From assembly GCA_031364845.1 (NCBI GenBank), contig JANLWX010000004.1, forward strand, positions 1 through 11,091: 11,091 nt of DNA. The letters are read 5' to 3'. The notes under the pieces are model-generated. The model was not told the DNA's origin. It was given only the letters and a program-made list of their open reading frames with translations, and did no database searches. The translations under genes and the position numbers were made by a program. The number at the start of each line of letters is the position of its first letter. The first letter of the stretch is position 1. The DNA comes from Candidatus Eiseniibacteriota bacterium (lineage in GTDB: Bacteria; Eisenbacteria; RBG-16-71-46). This document shows, one piece after another, positions 1-4,951 of the stretch.

Positions 1-96
1 GCCTTCCTCCAAGACGAGCCGGACGGCTCCCGCCCTGAACTCCTCACTGAACACACGCCGCGAGCGGCGACCACCGTTGTTGGGCATGCTGGACAT
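1..96 (-). CDS. IS3-family transposase OrfA (HTH_Tnp_1-like), N-terminal 32 aa, truncated by window edge
   Basis: Hand translation from ATG at 96: MSSMPNNGGRRSRRVFSEEFRAGAVRLVLEEG. This matches the RRxFSxEFKxxAVxLV start typical of IS3-family OrfA. Not in the ORF track because it runs off the window. Confidence 0.85.
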   Translation of the reverse strand, partial: MSSMPNNGGRRSRRVFSEEFRAGAVRLVLEEG

Positions 97-116
97 CGTA
101 TCCCCCTTTGGGAAGA

Positions 117-141
117 TGTCCACGAAATCGGGGCAAGCTCA
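117..141 (-). repeat. Left terminal inverted repeat (IRL) of the IS3-family element
   Basis: TGAGCTTGCCCCGATTTCGTGGACA. The partner IRR is outside the window, so the exact IR length cannot be determined. Confidence 0.7.
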
Positions 142-366
142 TCTTTTATTCCGCCGCGCGTGACGCAATTGCTCGACTCATAGACACTCCGGAACTGGGC
201 GTTTCGCGAGATGTCGGCACAGAGCAGTTGAAAGGGCTTCGAATGTGGCCCATTCCAGAGTTTCCGCGTCACCTGATTTTCTACCTACCCCTCTAAGGAA
301 GGCGTCGAAATCGTTCGCGTGCTCCACTCCGCCAGGGACATTCCTCAAATTTTTGGAGATCGCTAG
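142..366 (+). pseudogene. RelE/ParE-family type II toxin remnant (5' end cut off by IS; internal +1 frameshift)
   Basis: One frame gives FYSAARDAIARLIDTPELGVSRDVGTEQLKGLRMWPIPEFPRHLIFYLP and then stops at 294-296. The +1 frame from 292 continues SKEGVEIVRVLHSARDIPQIFGDR* (TAG 364-366). Joined, these give the ParE C-terminal signature (LxxxPxxG...LR.....HLIFY....VEIVRVLHxARD). The shift falls at the CCCC run 288-291. Confidence 0.85.
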
Positions 367-388
367 CGCGATATGCCTCAAGTTCAAT

Positions 389-427
389 GGAGCCAAACTT
401 CCCCGGGGGGGCTTGCGGCTCCCTTTT
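389..427 (+). terminator. Possible intrinsic terminator of the toxin gene
   Basis: GGAGCC (389-394) pairs with GGCTCC (417-422), with an inner CTTCC/GGGGG stem using G-U pairs, followed by CTTTT. Imperfect stem and short U tract. Confidence 0.3.
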
Positions 428-437
428 GAAAATCCCC

Positions 438-466
438 TTGAAGTCCGCTTAGCCTCGCCGTAACGT
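438..466 (+). promoter_or_regulatory. Candidate sigma70-type promoter for the small-peptide / TPR-activator operon
   Basis: TTGAAG (438-443) - 17 nt - TAACGT (461-466), preceded by an A/T-rich patch TTTTGAAAAT. Confidence 0.5.
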
Positions 467-560
467 CGGGTCAGTTCCGCTGACCGTTCCTCCTTGACCC
501 GGGATGCCGCATGGTCGTTTCCCCTCGCCCCATCCGGAACGTCGTTCACTGCCCGCTCAT

Positions 561-580
561 AGGCATGCCATTGCATGCCT
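561..580. promoter_or_regulatory. Perfect dyad AGGCATGC-N4-GCATGCCT (operator or RNA hairpin)
   Basis: 8-bp perfect inverted repeat with a 4-nt spacer, about 85 nt upstream of the small-peptide start. The dyad is seen directly; its function is inferred. Confidence 0.4.
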
Positions 581-665
581 TCGAGGGGGCTTTGTCTTTT
601 CCGGCGGCTCGCCCCCGAAGCAGAGCTGCTGTCGCACGGGGAAGGATCTCCGAAGGAGCGCTGAG

Positions 666-953
666 ATGATCAAGCCGAGCCGGCCTGTTCTGTGGCTGGC
701 CATCGTATTCGCCGCAGGCATCATGCTTGTGCCTCAAAGGGGAGCGGCGAGGACGAATCCGAACAGGTTCTGTGAGCCGATCAATGAGCCGAGGCTGGGC
801 GAGCCGGATGATCCGGGTTCGGGGCGCTCGTTGCGACTGCCCGCAATTCAGTTCATGCCAGGCGACTGGTGGTCGTACGCGTTGACAACCTATTTGGCAT
901 CCAACTTTGCTGGTGAACGTTCCGCCAGAGCCTCGCAGAGAGGGCAAAAATGA
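666..953 (+). CDS. Small exported protein / putative signalling propeptide, 95 aa
   Basis: Strong RBS AAGGAG 7 nt before ATG 666, so the ORF-track start at 504 is an unlikely extension. The sequence has a basic n-region MIKPSR, hydrophobic h-region VLWLAIVFAAGIMLV and a probable cleavage near GAA|R. These are followed by a Pro/acidic segment EPINEPRLGEPDDP and an aromatic segment DWWSYALTTYLASNF. The stop overlaps the next start (ATGA, 950-953). Confidence 0.75.
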   Translation: MIKPSRPVLWLAIVFAAGIMLVPQRGAARTNPNRFCEPINEPRLGEPDDPGSGRSLRLPAIQFMPGDWWSYALTTYLASNFAGERSARASQRGQK

Positions 954-3421
954 TCGACGTGCTTGAGCGCGCCCGGGCACTCAGGTCACTCCTGGAGTCG
1001 ACGGCCCTTTCCGAAGCAGATGTGTCATTAGTTGAAGCAACGATTGTCTGTTGCGAAAGGCTCATTGAAACCGGCAATTCAACCTGCGCGGTTGACCTCA
1101 TTGATGTTTGGATCCGGGACAAACAGGAATTCCAAGAGTCGCCAGGTTTGGGAGTCGTTCTCGCGCGAGCTTTGCTTGCAGCAGAGCAATATGAGCGGTG
1201 TTCTGCCCTGGCAACCGCCCTGCTCATCGATGTTGACCTTGCGCCGAGACTCACCAGAACTGATGCATTTCTCCTGCGAATCTACGAGGCCGCTTGCCTT
1301 CGTTTGTCCAGTCGTGCCGACGAAGCTGCCTCAAGGTTGACATCAATACGATCGGAATTGCTCAGTCTCCCCGAATCAAGGGCATTGGGTTGGTGCTCTT
1401 TTCAGCTAGGGGCAGCGCACCTGATGCGGGGGGATCGCAGCCAGGCCAAAGACCTGATGATCGAGGCGATTGTTTCGGCGAAGAGAACTGGCGACCAATA
1501 CTTGGAGGCGAGCGCGCTGCACGCGTTGGCAATCGGAGAGCGGTTGCTCTGCCGATGGTCGTCGGCCTTAGAGTCCGCTGAGCGCGCAATGTACATCTGC
1601 GAGGCATTGCAATCGCGTCTTCCCGCGGCTCACGCGCTTCGATCCACGTCACTGATTGCGTGGCGACGAGGGCACCTTGAGGCTGCCACCAGTCGTGTCG
1701 AGCGCTACGTTGATGCCTTGTCTCAGATCGGCCATCAGAACCAAGTTTGGGGCTGGTACGGCGCTCTCGTGAAGGGAATGATCCTCCTCCACCAAGGTAA
1801 GTACTCGGACGCAGGCTCCCTTCTCGGCTCGACCCCACGTTGGCAAGCACCCAACGAACACTCCCGTGCCTCACTCCTCACCACCGAATTCCTCGGCGAC
1901 GTCCACCTCGAGCAAGGCAACGCCGCGCCCGCTCTCGCGCTTTACGACGCCGTGTTCCCGAAGGCGCTCGCGCTCGTACCTAAGGGCGACATCGTGGCCG
2001 AGCTTCGTCGTCGTCGCGCCGAGTGCTATCTGCTCCTGAACCGCGCCAAAGACGCCTACGACGAAGCGAAGATCGGACTCGAGCACTGTCGCGACCTGGG
2101 CGACCGCTACGAAGAAGCGGCCACCTATCGCATTCTGGCGCTGAGTGCCGCGGCCCTCGGCAATCCCAACGAGGCCAAGCGCTGGTTCGATCAGGGCTTC
2201 GCCTACTACGACGACATCGAGACGCCCTACGAATGGGGCAAGCTGTGGATGGCGTACGGCGACTGGCTGCGCGGCTCGCATGCGGGCGAGTACGCCGACA
2301 TGGCGGCCGGGCTCGAGGCGTATCAGGCGGCTCGCGATCACTTCGATCGAATGGGCGCTCAGGGCAAGCTCGCCGAAGCAGAAGCGCGCATCGCGACGGC
2401 CAGTGGTCGTCCAACGAGGCCGGCTGCGAAAGTCGCTCGCGAGAAAGCCACGCCGCGTCGGCGCCCGCGTGGATCATCCGAACTCGAGCGCAAGTCGCAG
2501 TGGGCCTTCGACACATTCGGCATGCTGACGGCGAACAAGGCGCTCCTTCGAATGCTGGATGACGTGTCGAAGTTGTCTAAGACATCGTCGCCGCTGCTCG
2601 TTCTCGGCGAATCCGGAACGGGCAAGGAGTTGGTGGCGACGGCTGTACATAATCTGTCGGGGCGCACCGGAACGTATCTGCCGATCAATTGCAGCTCGCT
2701 GCCTCGCGAAGTCATCGAGAGCGAGCTGTTCGGTCACGCGCAGGGCGCTTTCACGGGTGCGGCGCGCGACAAGGCGGGGTTGCTCGAAGTCTGTGCTGGC
2801 GGTACGGCGTTCCTCGATGAGATCGGCGAGATGTCGATCGAGTTGCAGTCACGGTTGCTGAGGTTCCTCGAGACGGGTGAGATGCGCCGCGTCGGCGCCA
2901 CCCGCAATCTGCGCATCGACACGCGCATCGTCGCGGCGACTAATCGCGGAGCCGCCGAACTCGAAGCGGGCGATGGGTTCCGTCAGGATCTCTACTATCG
3001 TCTCGCGCATGCGGTCGTGGTCCTTCCGCCGCTGCGGCAGCGTGGCGACGACATCGAGCTTCTGGCGCATCACTTCCTCGAATCGGCGTGCGTCGAGCAA
3101 GGCAAGGATGTGGCGCTGAGTGAGGAAGCGGTCGATGCGCTGCGTGCCCACCGCTGGCCGGGGAACGTGCGTGAACTGAAGGCGGTGATGAAGCGGGTCG
3201 TCATCCTCTCGCCGGGCGACCATGTCGTCACGGTGTCCGACCTCGCGCTCAAGCCGGCGACCGCACCTTCGACGCTGCTCGAAGAACTCGCGCACAGCGA
3301 GCGCGAGAAGATCGCCGCGATGCTCAAGCACGTCGCGGGTTCTCGCACCGAGGCCGCCCGGGCGCTCGGTATTCCGCGCACGACACTGCTCAACAAGATC
3401 CGCCGCTACGGATTGAGCTGA
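950..3421 (+). CDS. TPR-domain sigma54-dependent transcriptional activator (bEBP; TPR array - AAA+ - Fis-type HTH), 823 aa
   Basis: Intact motifs: Walker A GESGTGKE, ESELFGH, GAFTGA (2744-2761), Walker B FLDEIGE, RIVAATNR, FRQDLYYRL, WPGNVREL, and C-terminal HTH SRTEAARALGIPRTTLLNKIRRYGL. The N-terminal ~480 aa are Ala/Leu-rich TPR-like helical repeats (e.g. LGAAHLMRGDRSQAKDLMIEA, LGDVHLEQGNAAPALALYDAV). No receiver domain is recognisable. Confidence 0.93.
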   Translation: MIDVLERARALRSLLESTALSEADVSLVEATIVCCERLIETGNSTCAVDLIDVWIRDKQEFQESPGLGVVLARALLAAEQYERCSALATALLIDVDLAPRLTRTDAFLLRIYEAACLRLSSRADEAASRLTSIRSELLSLPESRALGWCSFQLGAAHLMRGDRSQAKDLMIEAIVSAKRTGDQYLEASALHALAIGERLLCRWSSALESAERAMYICEALQSRLPAAHALRSTSLIAWRRGHLEAATSRVERYVDALSQIGHQNQVWGWYGALVKGMILLHQGKYSDAGSLLGSTPRWQAPNEHSRASLLTTEFLGDVHLEQGNAAPALALYDAVFPKALALVPKGDIVAELRRRRAECYLLLNRAKDAYDEAKIGLEHCRDLGDRYEEAATYRILALSAAALGNPNEAKRWFDQGFAYYDDIETPYEWGKLWMAYGDWLRGSHAGEYADMAAGLEAYQAARDHFDRMGAQGKLAEAEARIATASGRPTRPAAKVAREKATPRRRPRGSSELERKSQWAFDTFGMLTANKALLRMLDDVSKLSKTSSPLLVLGESGTGKELVATAVHNLSGRTGTYLPINCSSLPREVIESELFGHAQGAFTGAARDKAGLLEVCAGGTAFLDEIGEMSIELQSRLLRFLETGEMRRVGATRNLRIDTRIVAATNRGAAELEAGDGFRQDLYYRLAHAVVVLPPLRQRGDDIELLAHHFLESACVEQGKDVALSEEAVDALRAHRWPGNVRELKAVMKRVVILSPGDHVVTVSDLALKPATAPSTLLEELAHSEREKIAAMLKHVAGSRTEAARALGIPRTTLLNKIRRYGLS

Positions 3422-3440
3422 CGCTCGAGTCGCGCGGTCC

Positions 3441-3489
3441 TGCCTCGGTCCCCGGTGACGCCATGACGTCACGAAGCAAGGACCGAGCA
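3441..3489 (+). promoter_or_regulatory. Intergenic stem-loop overlapping the MFS ribosome-binding site
   Basis: Outer arms CTCGGTCC (3444-3451) / GGACCGAG (3480-3487); inner arms GTGACG (3455-3460) / CGTCAC (3467-3472). The putative SD AAGGA (3478-3482) overlaps the 3' arm. Confidence 0.4.
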
Positions 3490-3491
3490 TC

Positions 3492-4829
3492 GTGATTCGC
3501 TTCCTCCGCCCGCTTCCCGACGCGCCGCTGCTCACCGGCGAGCGCCAAGCCGCGGCCTATCGCGCAGGCCGCATGGTCATGCTGATCGGCGTGACCGCGA
3601 CCTACTCCTGCTATTACCTCACGCGCGCCGTGCTCGACGTCGCGAAGAAGCCGATGATCGGCGCCGGCGTCTTCGATGCCGACCAGCTCGGCACGATCGG
3701 CGCGATGATGACGGCGGCGTACGCCGTCGGGAAGCTCGTCAACGGCTGGATCGCCGATCGCGTGAACGTCGCGCGTTTCCTGCCGCTCGGGTTGTTCCTG
3801 TCGGCGATGGTGAACCTCGCGATGGGGTCGAATACCGGATTCGCCGTCGCGTGCACGCTGTGGCTGCTGAACGGCTATGTCCAGGGCGCCGGCGCCGGCG
3901 CCAGCGTGCGCGGCCTGACGCAGTGGTTCTCGGGCCGCGAGTATGGGCGTGTGTATGGATTCTGGAGCGGCGCTCACTCTGCGGGCGAGCTGCTCACGCT
4001 CGTCGGCACCGCGGCGCTTATCTCGCACGCCGGCTGGCGCGCCGGCTTCATTGGTCCCGGCATCGCGTGCGCGATCGTGGCGCTCGTGGCGGCGGTTGTT
4101 CTAAAAGACCGCCCGCGCGCCTACGGGCTGCCCGAGGTCAACGCGTGGAAGGGCGAGCCGCACGAGGAGGAGGGAGGTTCGACGCTCGGGGCCCAGCTCG
4201 AAGTCCTGAGGAATCCCGCCGTGTGGATCTGTGCGCTCGCCAGTGCGTTCATGTTTGTCACACGCTTCGGCATCAAGAGCTGGGGCGTCTACTACCTGCA
4301 GGAGACCCACGGGTTCACGCTGGTCGGGGCCAGTCTCATGATCGGTATCAACTCGGTCTCGGGCTTCGCGGGCTCGCTGGCGTACGGCTGGGTCAGCGAC
4401 GTGTGGTTCAAAGGCCGCCGCCCGCCCGCGACCCTGCTGTTCGGAGTGGTCGAGATTCTCGCCCTCGTGCTGATGTTCTACGGCCCGCGTTCGACACCGC
4501 TGTTGATCGTGTCCCTGTTCGTCTACGGATTCGCGCTGTCCGGAATCCTTGCGGTGCTCGGAGGCTTGTTCGCGGTGGATCTCTCGTCCAGGCGCGCCAC
4601 CGGCATGGCGATGGGGTTCATCGGATTCATCAGCTACATCGGCGCGACGATCCAGGAGAAGGTCTCGGGCGTGCTGATCAAGTCGAACACCACGACGCTG
4701 CCGGATGGAACCAAACACGTCGACTTCTCATTGCCCGTGGCGATCTGGGTAATTTCCAGCGTCGTGTCGATGCTGCTTGCGGCGACGCTGTGGCGGGTGC
4801 GAACGCGCTCGAGCCGGGTCGGCGCGTGA
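3492..4829 (+). CDS. MFS transporter, organophosphate:Pi antiporter family (GlpT/UhpT/UhpC-like), 445 aa
   Basis: About 12 hydrophobic segments. OPA-like motifs YYLTR, AYAVGKLVNGWIADR, QWFSGREYG, KDRPRAYGLP, RFGIKSWG and GWVSD. GTG start with AAGGA upstream. Confidence 0.88.
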   Translation: MIRFLRPLPDAPLLTGERQAAAYRAGRMVMLIGVTATYSCYYLTRAVLDVAKKPMIGAGVFDADQLGTIGAMMTAAYAVGKLVNGWIADRVNVARFLPLGLFLSAMVNLAMGSNTGFAVACTLWLLNGYVQGAGAGASVRGLTQWFSGREYGRVYGFWSGAHSAGELLTLVGTAALISHAGWRAGFIGPGIACAIVALVAAVVLKDRPRAYGLPEVNAWKGEPHEEEGGSTLGAQLEVLRNPAVWICALASAFMFVTRFGIKSWGVYYLQETHGFTLVGASLMIGINSVSGFAGSLAYGWVSDVWFKGRRPPATLLFGVVEILALVLMFYGPRSTPLLIVSLFVYGFALSGILAVLGGLFAVDLSSRRATGMAMGFIGFISYIGATIQEKVSGVLIKSNTTTLPDGTKHVDFSLPVAIWVISSVVSMLLAATLWRVRTRSSRVGA

Positions 4830-4951
4830 TGGATCGGCAGGTCGCAAGCCGGCGCCGGGAGTATACTTCGTCCAATTTGTCGCTCCGGACGGGACACAGG
4901 TTCGAAGGATCGCCGTCGCGTTATAGCTCTATGGAGATCGGAGACTCACAC

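Larger units (their letters stand above)
1..141 (-). mobile_element. IS3-family insertion sequence, left end (element continues beyond the window start)
   Basis: The minus strand from 141 reads TGAGCTTGCCCCGATTTCGTGGACA, a 5'-TG terminus with a GTGGACA core as in IS3-family left ends. It is followed by RBS AAGGGGGA and an OrfA-like frame. The boundary coincides with where ParE-like sequence begins on the + strand. Confidence 0.85.

Noticed and set aside
108..296. 62-aa ORF as an intact gene
   Set aside because: It begins inside the IS end and stops at a frameshift; it is part of the ParE pseudogene.
401..411. G7 tract as a phase-variation switch
   Set aside because: Short, unremarkable in high-GC DNA, and outside the promoter spacer and any CDS.
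561..576. Canonical sigma54 promoter
   Set aside because: Spacing is GG-N9-GC on both strands and sigma54 needs N10. Kept only as a dyad finding.
504..665. N-terminal extension of the small ORF to 149 aa
   Set aside because: No RBS at 504. The strong AAGGAG and the signal peptide both point to ATG 666.
4835..4849. CGGCAGG-N4-AAGC as a sigma54 promoter for the Kelch gene
   Set aside because: GG-N10-GC spacing fits, but the -12 element (AAGC vs TTGC) is poor and such matches are common in GC-rich DNA. Nearby TATACT/TATAGC hexamers lack well-spaced -35 boxes.
3851..4951. 1322-aa ORF overlapping the MFS gene
   Set aside because: The upstream ~367 aa are Arg-rich off-frame read-through of the MFS gene. 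The RBS and signal peptide place the start at 4952.
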